Below, one piece after another: positions 13,595-25,130 of a stretch of 64,000 nt of DNA (its first letter is position 1; every line of letters begins with the position of its first letter). The position numbers were made by a program, and so were the translations under genes. The stretch is from positions 498,726 through 562,725 of the forward strand of contig MU004198.1 in NCBI GenBank assembly GCA_010093605.1, written 5' to 3'. Below the pieces are notes generated by a model. It was not told the origin of the DNA, ran no database searches, and worked only from the letters and a program-made list of their open reading frames with translations. The stretch comes from Lophium mytilinum. Taxonomy: Eukaryota.

Positions 13595-14911
13595 ATGTGC
13601 CGCGCAAGATACTTCCAAGTCTCGTCAGATGCGTCGAATTGCGACAACCCCACCGCGCACCGACACAATGTCGAGATCAAACCCTGCTCCGACAACGCGC
13701 CTGCCATGGAAAAATTCAAGCTTGAAAAAGACAGATACTGTGTGCTCACCAGCGTGACGAAGTCATCATCCTCTTCCAACCAGTGGGGAATGAATGTCGT
13801 CAATTACAAATACCAATTCCACCTTGAGCAGCAGGCTGATCTTGAGCCCTGCCCGCAGTGGCAGAAGAGCGGCGAAGAAATGTTCCAGAAGAGTAAGCGG
13901 GCGGGGGGTCGAACCCACTACACTTCTACCCCTCCTCGGTATGAGGTTGAGCACAAGTGTCTCTCTTGCAGCCTTGAGAGAAAGGCTGCGAAAAATGCGA
14001 GAAAGGCTGCGAAGAACGTCAGTAGTGCTACGAATGGAGGTGGAGAAAATATCCCACGAGCGGGCAGTAAGCCTGGCACTGCTTCTGCAGGAAAGAGTCC
14101 GGATATGGCGGCGGAGCTCGATGGTACGGCCGTGAACGCTGATGACGGGAAAATCCAACATGTTTCGGCAATGTACGCGGAGATGAAGCTGGAGACAGCC
14201 CCACAGACGAAGCCGGAGACGAAGCCACAGGCGAAGGTAGAGACAGCTCCAGCGAAAGCCCCAGAGATAGCTCCAGTAAAAGCCCCAGAGATAGCTCCAG
14301 TAAAAGCCCCAGAGAACACCCTGGAGAAAGCCCCAGAGGCGAAGTTAGAGGCAAACCCAGAGGCAGCCCCAGAACAAGCTCCAGAGAAAGCGCCAGAAAA
14401 GGCTCCAGAGATATCCCTAGAGTCGAAGCCAGAGGAAACTCCAAAGATAGCTGCCGAAGCAGCCCTAGAGACAGCCCCAGAGTCGAAGCCGGAGACGAAG
14501 CAGATAGCTCTAGAAGAACCCCCAGAGAAAACCCTAGAGGCGAAGCCAGACGCTGCCCTAGAACAAGCGGCTGCACAAGTGCCAGAAAAAAGTCCAGGAA
14601 AAGCCTTGAAGACAAAGCCAGAGACAGCTCCACAGATAGCTCCAGAGCAAGCTCCAATGGTAGCCCCTGAGATGCAGCCGGAGACGAAGGCGGAGTCAAC
14701 TCCAGAGAAAGTTCTAGAGACGAAGCCAGAAACGCCAGAGGCAGTCCTAGAGACATCATCGGAGGGGAATTTAGAGGCAGCTCCAGAGAAAGCTCTAGAG
14801 ACGACGCCAGAGGCGAAACTAGAGGTAGCGTTAGAAACGAAGCTAGAATCGGAGACTACGAGCACTACGACGACGCCTCCTGAGCCAGACAAAGAGCCTG
14901 CTAAGGAATGA
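13595..14911 (+). CDS. Cys/His-motif family paralog 1, with long C-terminal 4-aa (PEKA/PETK-type) repeat tail
   Basis: Intronless 438-aa ORF; MC-x13-C-x5-HxH-x6-C...C...CLSC, followed by ~230 aa of P/E/K/A/T repeats. Confidence 0.8.
   Translation: MCRARYFQVSSDASNCDNPTAHRHNVEIKPCSDNAPAMEKFKLEKDRYCVLTSVTKSSSSSNQWGMNVVNYKYQFHLEQQADLEPCPQWQKSGEEMFQKSKRAGGRTHYTSTPPRYEVEHKCLSCSLERKAAKNARKAAKNVSSATNGGGENIPRAGSKPGTASAGKSPDMAAELDGTAVNADDGKIQHVSAMYAEMKLETAPQTKPETKPQAKVETAPAKAPEIAPVKAPEIAPVKAPENTLEKAPEAKLEANPEAAPEQAPEKAPEKAPEISLESKPEETPKIAAEAALETAPESKPETKQIALEEPPEKTLEAKPDAALEQAAAQVPEKSPGKALKTKPETAPQIAPEQAPMVAPEMQPETKAESTPEKVLETKPETPEAVLETSSEGNLEAAPEKALETTPEAKLEVALETKLESETTSTTTTPPEPDKEPAKE
14190..14860 (+). 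repeat. Coding minisatellite of degenerate 12-nt units (e.g. CCAGAGAAAGCC, CCGGAGACGAAG)
   Basis: Direct reading; includes an exact longer duplication AAAGCCCCAGAGATAGCTCCAGT at ~14255 and ~14279. Confidence 0.85.
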
Positions 14912-15430
14912 GGCAAAACCCTGTTCCCGGCTTGTAGTTGGCGTGTAGGATTGTTTTAGGTTTTAGATATCGTGCTGGCTTTTGGCTTCTGGTTCTTTCC
15001 TACTCTTTGAATTCTTGGATTGGCTTATGACTTGCAAGTACGGTTGTTTAGGGCTGTGGACTATTATTAGACTTTCTACTTCGGTTTATTGCATTCTTAG
15101 ATTCTTTGGTAATGCTTGTAATTTGCGTGAAAGACAGTTTTGGGTTCTGTCTTAAATTATATTCTTTGGGCTTCTCTTGTCTCTGTACTCTTGTGTACAA
15201 GTTCTCAACGGATGCGATATAGACATCAACGTGGCCGCTAGCCACTAGTCGTTCTAGATTACAATATGTTATATCTAATAAAACGGCTTGTTAACCTGGT
15301 CTACACTCTGCTTTGTATTCAAGAACTCGGGTACTATTGCAACTCGTCATCAAACTTTGAGTATGACTACATATCACCACTCTTGAGCAATATAGCATCT
15401 TAGCTTTAACATGAAACATGACTCTTCACT

Positions 15431-15475
15431 AGTCACGACCTGAGGGTTTCAGTCACGACCTGAGGGTTTCAGTCA
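15431..15475. repeat. Perfect 20-bp tandem duplication AGTCACGACCTGAGGGTTTC x2 (+AGTCA)
   Basis: Seen directly, upstream of paralog 2. Confidence 0.95.
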
Positions 15476-15632
15476 TTCTCGCAGTCATCATATCTTAGGA
15501 GCAGAGTATATGAAGTTGCTCAAACGCCAGCCAATCTGAACCTTCAAACCCATCACTCGACAGCCCTCTTACTTCACAAACCTGTATCTTTACAACGTTC
15601 TTCTTAGCACTCAAACCCGTAACTTCACCACC

Positions 15633-16079
15633 ATGTGCACCGCAGAATTCTACCTCATGCCAAAAAACCCCCCGTGCCGCGACCCCGCCAACCACAGCCA
15701 CTTTGTCAGAATGTTCCCCTGCAAAACCAAACATATGCGCCGTGCCCTCGGCTCCACCAACGGCTTCTCCGTCTGGGTCCTACTCGCGGACGTCACTCAA
15801 GGCGCCGACTCGCACTACGACTTCAGGTTCCTACAAGAGGACGCTCTGAAGCAATGCTTCGCTTACTCCAGGAGATCTTTCGAGGCAACGCGCTTCGCAG
15901 AGGAGAAGCACGAGTTCATTTCCGCCGCAGTCGGGACACGGAAGACGCGAGATCGGGCTATGGTTTGGAAGAGAAGCTGTCCGCTGTGCGAGGGCGGGAA
16001 TACGGTGGAGAAGGCGGATGGGACTGTGTTGGATGTGGGTATACAAAAGCCGGTGGTACGCAAAGACGCGGAAGAGTGA
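15633..16079 (+). CDS. Cys/His-motif family paralog 2 (148 aa)
   Basis: MC-x12-C-x5-HxH-x6-C...VTQ...YDFRF...ALKQC...CPLC; start context CACCACCATG. Confidence 0.82.
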   Translation: MCTAEFYLMPKNPPCRDPANHSHFVRMFPCKTKHMRRALGSTNGFSVWVLLADVTQGADSHYDFRFLQEDALKQCFAYSRRSFEATRFAEEKHEFISAAVGTRKTRDRAMVWKRSCPLCEGGNTVEKADGTVLDVGIQKPVVRKDAEE

Positions 16080-17235
16080 GAGGGCGCGCTGAGGAGGGAT
16101 TATGTATACGTAGGACTCAGTCAATACGTGTACGGCTACAGACGCTGGTAGTGGGGAGAGAAAAGATAGATTTGAGATGGACGAGGAGATTTATGTGCGG
16201 CGGCGGGGATAGCTGGCTCTGGAATCTTAGGTCTGGGTGTCTAAGTTACCGTGAATCTCTACGTTGAGTTCAGTTTGGACGTGGCGAAGGATGCCGGTAG
16301 CTTAGAGAAAGAGGGCAGCGGAATGAGGCACCTAGTGACTTAATTCCAGCGGCAGGGCCGACTTGTGTCTTACTTGTTTCATAGTTTTGCAATCCTGCTG
16401 GTTTTTCTCTTTTGGAATTCCTGTCATTTCTGTAATGTTATTCTCGTATTGCTTGGCTTGGCTTGTAACGGGCGTAGATCATTGTCTTGGGCTGTAGATA
16501 ACGTGCTGAATATTCTCCTTTAGTTTCTCTTCATTCCTTCTTTTATGTAGCTTGACTAGTCATTCGAGGATATATTGTTTAGGTTTTGAATTACGCGTCA
16601 AATGCTTTCTTTGCATTTATCTTGTTCCTGTGTACTAGGCTCAACGTGGCGTGCAAGTCATTAGCGGCTACGATGTAAGCATTAACGTAGCAATCAGCTA
16701 TTAGTTAATCATAGTACACCATCTTCAATAATACCACTTATTAAACGCGATCTATTTGTTAATTCGTATTGAAGAGATCAGATACTAACGCACCACTTCA
16801 GTCCGTAATGGCTAACTGTTGGATGATAAAGCACGCCTCGCCTAAGATTAGGGGGTCCGGAAAATAAGCGACATTATATACTCCAACACTAACCCTAAAC
16901 TCGCCCTCATCACCTGCGTATGACTGCATATTATGATTATTCAAGCAACACAGTATCCTAGCTTTGACCTAAAATATGACTGTTCGCATAGTAGTAGTGC
17001 AAGTTAAAACCAGTTATTCCAGTAGTTAATAAGTTCTAACCGAAGTATATAAACACCTCCTCCAACCGTTAAACCCATTTCTCTATCAACACAAATTCGC
17101 TTCTCAACTACAACCCATAAACTACAACGAAAGACAGCCATTCTCTACTCTCAAGCCATCTCTTTACAAATCTCCATCTTTAAAAACCACAATAGAAAAA
17201 ATCTTCCAACCCCTCAACCCCACAACCTCACCACC

Positions 17236-17637
17236 ATGTGCCGCGCAGAACCCTACCACATCCTCAACGCTACCACCTGCTTCCACCCCCCCTCCCACGC
17301 CCACTTCATCAAAATCAAGCTCTGCTCCCACCCCAAAACACTTCAAGCCCTCAAAGCTACAGCCGGAACGAACATCTGGGACCGCGCCGAGCAAGTCACG
17401 AAATACGAAAACGGTCGCTACAGCTTCAGCTTCCGCCTCGAGCCCGCTCTGAAGCTGTGTGACGCGTATAACAAGACAAAGCTGGCGGCGACTAGAGTCG
17501 AGGAGGGCGCTAAACCAGACCCGGGCCAAGAGTGTATTGTTAAGAACGTTTGCCCGCGTTGCGCTACGCCATCGGAGCGGGAGAAGGAGAAGAAGTGGGA
17601 GAAGGAGAAGAAGCGGGAGAGGAGGGTGCGAGGGTAG
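17236..17637 (+). CDS. Cys/His-motif family paralog 3 (133 aa)
   Basis: Same motif spacing; VTK...YSFSF...ALKLC...CPRC; basic tail; TATATAAA at ~17046. Confidence 0.82.
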   Translation: MCRAEPYHILNATTCFHPPSHAHFIKIKLCSHPKTLQALKATAGTNIWDRAEQVTKYENGRYSFSFRLEPALKLCDAYNKTKLAATRVEEGAKPDPGQECIVKNVCPRCATPSEREKEKKWEKEKKRERRVRG

Positions 17638-17711
17638 TGGAGAGGAATAGGATGTTTTCGACATGGAGACGGAGATAGAGATGGGATGATAGATTGACAC
17701 TCATCCCCTGT

Positions 17712-17900
17712 GTATGACTCCGTATCATGATTCCTCAAGTAATATAGCATCTCAGCGTTAACATAAAACATGACTCTATATATTGTCACAGTGTTTAGAG
17801 CAAACACCAGTCATTCCAGCAATCCATGAGTCTTGATAGCAGTATATAAACACTTCCGTCAACCGTCAAACCTATTTCTCTATCAACACAAATCTACTTC
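17712..17900 (+). promoter_or_regulatory. Duplicated upstream promoter block (TATGACT...TAGCATCT...CATGACTCT plus TATA box), shared with 15362-15426 and 16918-17100
   Basis: Visual alignment of the regions upstream of paralogs 2-4. Confidence 0.7.
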
Positions 17901-18026
17901 CGAACCACTTCCTACGTACTATAAAAGCCAGCCAGTCCAAACCTCAAGCCCATCACTTTACAGATCCCCATCTTCAAGGACCCTAACAGCACTCAATCTT
18001 CCAAACCCTCAACCCACAATCTCACC

Positions 18027-18488
18027 ATGTGCATCGCAGAATACTACCGCATCCTCAACCCTTCTTACTGCCATGACCGCCCCAACCACGGCCACTTCGT
18101 CCGGATCACATTCTGTAGCATAAAAATGCGCAACAACCTCGACATCGGCTGCACCGATCCAACCTCTCTCTGGATCCTGCTCGAAGACGTCACGCAAAAC
18201 GAGGCCAACTCCTACTACAACTTCGACTTCCCGCAAGGGGACGCATTAGCGAATGGTTGCAATAACTACGATCCGGAAGTTTTCAAGAACACGAGGTTCG
18301 AGAAGGCGCAGTATAACACCCACGGAGAGAAAGAGACGAATCGGGCGATGGTTCGACCTTACTGTCCGCTCTGTTCTGCGGCAAAGGCTGCTGCGGCAAA
18401 GGCTGTTGCGGATGCTGCTGCGGAAGACGCTGCTGCGGAAGATGCTGCAGCTTGGAGCGATGGGGAGGATACGGCGGAGGAAGAATGA
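18027..18488 (+). CDS. Cys/His-motif family paralog 4 (153 aa)
   Basis: Same motif spacing; VTQ...YNFDF...ALANGC...CPLC; Ala/acidic tail; TATATAAA at ~17843. Confidence 0.82.
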   Translation: MCIAEYYRILNPSYCHDRPNHGHFVRITFCSIKMRNNLDIGCTDPTSLWILLEDVTQNEANSYYNFDFPQGDALANGCNNYDPEVFKNTRFEKAQYNTHGEKETNRAMVRPYCPLCSAAKAAAAKAVADAAAEDAAAEDAAAWSDGEDTAEEE

Positions 18489-19248
18489 CAGACTCCTCCC
18501 GCATCCTCAACATCACCCTCTCTCTTAACCTCCCTTTCAACTCTTTTTACCAACCTCCTCCTCCGCCTCCTCGTCCTCAGCCTATCTCTTTACTTCCACA
18601 CCTCCCTCTCCTTCGGTCCCACCTCCCCGCCCGCTCTGCTCCTCCGTTTCCTGTTCATAACCTGTACGACGTGGTCAACGAGCGGGATGCTCTGGCTAGC
18701 CGAAATCGGGCGGCGAGTGCGGCTGTGGTGGGTGGGATGACCTGTTTCTTGCGTGTACGATAGGTATAGATTTCTTGCTTATTTTCCTCTTTTGGTTCGG
18801 GTTGGTCTTTGTGGACTTGCGGTGGGGGGCGTGGTGTGTAATGTTTTTGTTTGACGGTGGCGGTGATGGGGAACTGGCTTTTGTTTTGCTTGGATGGGAG
18901 ATGTAGACTATGCGCTGGATTTTTGCTTTAGAGTGTTATGGATTCTTGTACCTATGCTTTGATTACCGAATAGCCTGTTTTGAACATCCTGAATCGGCCG
19001 TCGGCTACGATATAATATCAGCGTAGAGATCAGACATCACACTCCAATCCGCAAAACACCCTCATCAATATCACTAATCCTTAATCTGGTCTACTCACAC
19101 TTCATATCTGAATCCCCAGACACGAATGCACCATCCCGTTTTTAACTCGAGCCTATCCGAACCACTAAAGCCAACCCAACCCCTTCCCAATGCCGCTTAC
19201 CCGTCCCCACCCCCCTAAACCTCAAACCCGCCCCCCAACCTTACCCTT

Positions 19249-22200
19249 TCAACGATCCTTCTCCTTCAACTCCTCCTCCGCCACCTTCAACATCCCCTGC
19301 AAATCCTTCTTCACCCAATCCCAATAAACCCCCCACGCCCTCACCCTCGCATCCTCCGCACCCCCATCCGCCGCAAACCGCTTATTCAGCGCCACACTAA
19401 CCTTCAACACCCCCTTCTGTCCCTCCGCCAGCTTCTCTACCTCCTGCTTAACCGCGTTCTCCTTCAGCTTCGTCGCCAGCACAGCGCGGAAGTTCTCCGC
19501 AATCGCCTCGAGGCGCGCGAGGGTCGCGTCGGGGGCGAGCGCTATGAGTTTCGTGAGCATGAGGTTGCAGAGGATGCGGATGTCGTGCTCGTCGGCGATG
19601 CCCGCGACGATGCGGTCGAAGCAGTCGGCCAGGTCGGTGGGGTTGAGGCGGGCGAAGGCGGTTTCGAGGAGGGCGTAGAGGGTTTCGTAGGCGCTCTGTG
19701 CGGTAATATTAGTATTTGAAATGGACGGATGGATGAAAGAGGGGGGGGTGGCATCTACCTTTCGGATCTCGAGCCCGTCGTCGACCTTGTGCTTGAACGG
19801 GCCCATCTGGACTTCGCGGACGAGTTCGGGCTTGATGACCGTCTCCTTCATCGCGAGCGGTAGCAGCTGGTCTAGTGCCGGGAGGATAATCTCGGGCTTG
19901 TTGTGCATGGCTGAGTTGAAGGTCGTTAGGGCTAGACGGCGGTTCTCGAGATCGGGCTCGCTTAGCATTTGCATGAGCATGGGCACGACGATGGGCCGGA
20001 GATAGTCGTCGTAGGTCTCGTCGGTGTCTGCCAGAGTGTAGCGTAGCGCGGATATGACCATGCCGCGGACACTTGATGTGCGATCGTTGAGAAAGGCCTG
20101 TTTCGGGTTAGTTGGGTTACAAGGGTGAAGAGGAAGTGAGGACGTACTTGAAGCTGGGGCAGATAAGTCTTCGGGTCGATGATGGCAAGACGGCCAATGC
20201 ACTCTGCGCCAATTGCCTTGTTGTCTTCGGTCAGAGAAGCCGCAACGAGGTTCTGCCACAGGAGGCCAGCAAACGGAATGATAGCCGATTCAGTGCTTGG
20301 TTGTTGAAGGATCTCCTTGACGGAGTGCAGGAGCAGGTATTGGGGACTCGAAGGTTGACCCATGGTCTGCAAAATGACCGGCAAGTATTTTTCAACATTG
20401 CCAGCACCTGCACGACCAAGCGCAACAGCAGCTGCTAATGGCACTTGATCTGACTTGACCGTGAAGTACTGGATGAAAAGCCCAGGTTCCAATGGAGACT
20501 GGGCACCAAAACGGAGAGATGCTTCTCCAAGCACAGCCAGAGCAAGGCACTTCCGCTTCTCGTCGCTAGCAGTCTGTAGCTCCTGGATGAAATCTTCAAG
20601 CCGCACACCAACGGTCTTGCCACCGTAGACTAGCAGAGTTCCAATGACTTTGCCGACGACCTCTGGGCTTCCTGCTACACCCACATCTTTTAATAGTGAC
20701 TGCATCAGAGCTTTTCCAGCACCCTGCTCACCGACGGACTTGACAAGAGCGAGTAGAGCTTCAAGGGGGCTCCCAACGAGAGATGTGATGACGACTGCAC
20801 AGACAGCCTTGTTGAGGTCGTCATTGACGACGGCGCTCGCATCGTCCTTGACGAAAGTCGCTAATATCACAAGCGCAGGACCAAGAAGGTGTAGATCGAC
20901 GTTGATCAAAAGCGGCAGCAAGAGGTCGACAATGCTCTTCTTCGTCTTTTTGTCGAGCTGCTTTCGTGAGACGGGGTTGAGCGTAAGGGTTCGCAATGAG
21001 CTCAAGCTAGCACCCCGCAGGGATCGGCTTGCTTTCCGCAACTGAGCACCAAGTTCCAATGCAACGCTTCGAACCCAAGTGGCCGTCAACTCATTCTCTG
21101 CCTGGGTGAGGGATAGAATAGTCTCAATGGCTCGCACTGACGCAAGTCGCGTGAGCTCGTTCCGTAGTCGCTCCGCGAGCAAGTCCAATCCAGCTGTTCG
21201 CTTGTCGGGAGATATCAAGCCTTGCGTGCCCGAACTCCGCCCTAGGAGAAGACCTAATACGTGAATAGCTCGTTGTCGTACCTCAAGATCGGCATCGTTG
21301 GCAGCAATGCGGTTAACCAAGGCACTGTAAAGCTGGTCCAGATACTGCTGGTTCTGTACTCCTGAGTCAACGGAACGTGGAGGCGTGAGTGCCATGATCA
21401 GTTTCTCAGTGGCGGTCAAAGCCTCTATTGAAAGTTTGCTATACTTGTCCTGTGCGCCACTGATCAATGCGGGTATGATCTTGGATAGATATGGTTGAAT
21501 AGACTTCGAGGCGTGGGTGTCGGCAATAGCTCCGATGAGTTGCAGAGCCTGAACACGAAGTCCATGAGCAGCTGCAGAAGATGCTCCGCTTGACGAGGCA
21601 GATCCGGACGCTTTTGCTGCATCGACGACGGGTGTGAAGATTTGGTCTAGATAGTCTTGTAAGCCTCCTCGCTGCGTGATAACAATGTCCTTGAGAAGGA
21701 CGATTGAGGCTTGTTTTGTCGCCGGGGGTCCAGTCTTGAGGAGTTGAGATACTCCGCGCACGATGTCCGGACTCAACTTAGCAAGACTAGCATACGGTCC
21801 GGTTGTGGGTACAGCTGTAGGTCCGGAGTAGCCGTGGGACAGGGATGAATTTGCATGAGCATCAAACATGCTCGCATCGCTGCCACCTCGCCTCCGCTTA
21901 CGGCTAGGAGGTGGTCCCATCGCGCCGTTCTCCTCAGTCGACCCAAATGCGGAACTGGAGCCAGTCCCCGTGTTTCGAACAAGACGTGAAAGGGTCGCAA
22001 GAACTTCCAGTCGAACGTTCTCTTCTCGTTCTTTGAAACGCGAAATTAGAGCAGGCGCAACCTTTGCATACAGAGTACCGTCTTCAAGCAAGTCTCCATT
22101 ACTACGGGTTGCGATGATGGTGTATAGAACCTTGGCGGCGCATCGGCGGACCTTCCAGCTGGCGTCGTCTTCATCGTCAAATCCACCTTCTTCCTCGAAG

Positions 22201-23363
22201 TCTTCGTCCGAGAGTGCATCGTCCTCATCTTCTTCAGCATCCATATCATCATCGTCGTCATCCTGGGCCAGATTTGGATCGTACTTGAGGAATCGTGAGG
22301 CAGCATTGATACAGTCATCCGTGTATAAACGCATGTCGTTGGAGCATGACGCAAGGAAACCCTCGATGGCGACAAGCGCAGCCTCTCGAACTTCGTCAAC
22401 TTCGGGGTCCCTATCTCCCTCGTCGTCAGACGTGTCCATCTCTTCTTCTAACTCTTCTGCGCTCAGAGCGCTAAAGACGAACGGTGCGAGAGTCTTCAAG
22501 TAAGGCCCAAACTTCCTAGGAATCGATCTAGCCATTGATCCAAGGATGGTGATGTACAGCTTTCGCTTGCTCCGAGTCAAATGTGAGTCTCTTAAATATT
22601 CGATGAGGCGAGAGATGAAGTTGCTCAGTAGAGTATCGGAGAAATAGCTCGCGAGGGTTGAGATAGCAATAACGGACTTCTTCTTCAAAACAGAGCCTGC
22701 ACGGTCATTCTCCAGTATCTCCAAGGTGATCTTCTGTAGGGCGTGGACCTCGGCGTCCTGGAGCATGGGCCCGAAGCAACGGGCAACTTCAGTGAGCACA
22801 TCGATAGCATTGCTATCGGTCCCAGTTTCTAGATCCACTTGCAGCATGCCCTTAGGTGGGGAGCTCTGATGCTTCTGCGACGAGTGAAGCACATTGTATC
22901 CGACCAGACGCGGTATCAAGACCTTGCTGATGGCTGTATATGCATCCAGTACCGACTTCGAACGAGGAACTCCAGTAACAGGTCTTGGCAGTGAGACCAC
23001 GACCTCTCGCAGGGCCAACGCAGGAATAGAGTTGTCCACAGTGTTGTCCGTCTGGAGGTTTGACAGCTTCTCGATCATGGGACACAGGATGGTCTCGGGG
23101 ACTTTGTTGACGAAGGGACCCAGGCACTTGATGGCCATGTTCTGAACCTCGCCATTGGTGTCATTGAGGGTATTGAGCAGCCCATCCACAGTCTTTGCAC
23201 TCGTAGTATAGTCGTGGTCGAGGAATTTCGCGTGGGCGGCGAGGAGGATGCCCTGCAGGTCGTTCAAGGCCATGAAGCGGAAGTCTGGATCCTCATCGTG
23301 CAATTTGGGGAGGAGATGGGCGACGTTGTGGGAGGTCGGGTTGACCGGCACGCTGGAGGCCAT
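19249..23363 (-). CDS. CAND1: Cullin-associated NEDD8-dissociated protein 1 (CAND1/TIP120), full-length single gene; 3 exons
   Basis: DPDFRFMALNDL, NGEVQNMAIKCLGP, DDEDDASWKVRRCAAK, FKEREENVR, LRNELTRL, VQMGPFKHKVDDGLEIRK; introns near 20145-20098 and 19758-19696. Confidence 0.96.
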
Positions 23364-24083
23364 GGTGAGCAAGCACACCAGAAGAGGTGCTCGCGGTCGG
23401 GAAGGTGTAGGTAGCTAGACGGTGGTGTTGACAGCGCCGCCGGAGGTGTCTTGGTGGGGTGGTTGTGGGGTCAGAATGCGGGCGAGGTTGGCGAGAGAAG
23501 AAGAGGTGGTGAGAGGGCGAAGAGAGGCGGCAGTTTTGTAGCCAGGCAGGCTGCACGCTGTGCCTCGTAGAATGGAGTCTGGGCGAGGTGAATTAGAAGA
23601 ACCAGACCTGCTGCCTGCCGTGATATTGACAGTGCCAGCGCGAACGTGAGGCATCAAGAAGCACGGACACCAAACTACTAGGAAAGTACGGCCGACTGGG
23701 CTGGATATAAAGTGGCAGTCGAGTTTGATTCCGTCTGGGGTGGCCCAGAGGGCTACCAGCCTTGTCAAAACTGTCGTTTTCAAGCATTTGATAACGTATC
23801 AAAGGGCTTCATGCTGTACTAAGTCAGTGTACATACATATAGAGTAGAAAAGATCAAGACTTCTGGGAGTAATTAAATCGTTGTTGACTGCCACTTTCTG
23901 TTCAAGGACCCCTGCTCGGCAGCTCTGCAGCTCTCCAAGTTGGTGCGGTCATTTGCGGTCATGCCATTGCTTCCTTCGGCCCAACCACCGCGAACCTCTT
24001 CATCTCCACTTCTCACTCCCCGCCGTGCCATCTCGCCGTCAATTGCGCCCATCAGAGCCAATTGCCCTTCCTACAGCTTCACA

Positions 24084-25130
24084 ATGGTCCTCATACGGCC
24101 CGCCGCCTTCAGGGCGCCGCTCGCACGCTTTGCTCGCCCGGCCACAAGGGCTTCCCCGTGGCAGCAGTCGTTCCAGCGCACAGCCCGCCGAGGATACGCC
24201 TCTGCCTCCGATGTGACGGCGAAGGCGTCGAGCGACTTGCCATGGTATGAATATTTCATTTAAGGATATCCGTCTACGCCGACGCGACGTCTGCCGGCTT
24301 GCCGAATACTCTCGACTGGCACTGCAATACGCCATTCCCGAATCACAGCTGACGCAATTTGCTCGTCCAGGATAGCAGTCGGAACCATCATCACCGTACC
24401 CTCAGTCTACTACATTCTAAGCTCGATTGAAACGGGAGGTCACCACGCCGAGGGCCACGGTGAAGAGCATCACGAGGAGGGGGAGAACGAAGCCGAGTCG
24501 GAATCCAAGGACGAACCGGAGGCCAAGGAGGAGGATAGTAAATCGGACGACTCTGAGGACAAGGGAGAGTCCAAAGAGTCGGGCGACGATGAGAAGCCTG
24601 CTGATGACAAGGAAGACGAGAATGCACACGCGAACGCCGACAAGGTCAGTGCTGAAACATAAAGCATTGATTTGCCGAACACACAATTCCTCGCACCAGT
24701 TTACGTACATTTGTTGGCCATTCATTGGGCTTTGATACGTTTTGCAAATAGTCTTAGCACTTGCTTTGCGCGTCCTCGTTTTTGAAAGCGTTGAGGCGAT
24801 GCAAATTGCAGCCTACAAGTACCCCCGAAAAGCGAGTATGTCTAACGCAGAACAGCCCGACGCGCGAAAGGAGCCCGTGAAGCATGGCATGTCCGACAAG
24901 CAACAAGGAATCAGCAACGCCGATACCAAGCACTCTACAGACACGCACGATGGCTCAAAGAGCACCAAGGGAGAAGGAGTAGCAGAGACGGCTAAGCTTA
25001 AGGGCACCGTCCAGTCCGACAGGCCTGGTGTAGGTTCCTCAGTGTCCCTATCCGACGGCACAGAACGCTAACTTCAAAGCAGGCCGAGAGCGCGCAGAAA
25101 GGCCAGGCGAACCAGGACAAGAGCAAGTAA
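24084..25130 (+). CDS. Hypothetical mitochondrial membrane protein (Arg-rich presequence, one TM, acidic/charged tail); ~4 exons
   Basis: MVLIRPAAFRAPLARF...RRGYAS presequence; SSDLPW|IAVGTIITVPSVYYIL TM; His/Glu-rich region; GISNADTKHS...KGEGVAETAKLKGTV. Confidence 0.7.

Noticed and set aside
13918..14916. Long antisense ORFs (332 and 243 aa) over paralog 1
   Set aside because: Shadows of the 12-nt coding repeat; low-complexity translations.
16885..16900. Telomere-like TAACCCTAA (similar at ~5172 and ~43591)
   Set aside because: Only 1-1.5 units each; expected by chance.
19249..23363. Possible split candA-N/candA-C arrangement as in Aspergillus
   Set aside because: The two ORFs are joined by a normal intron near 20.1 kb, and the N- and C-terminal motifs are in one gene.
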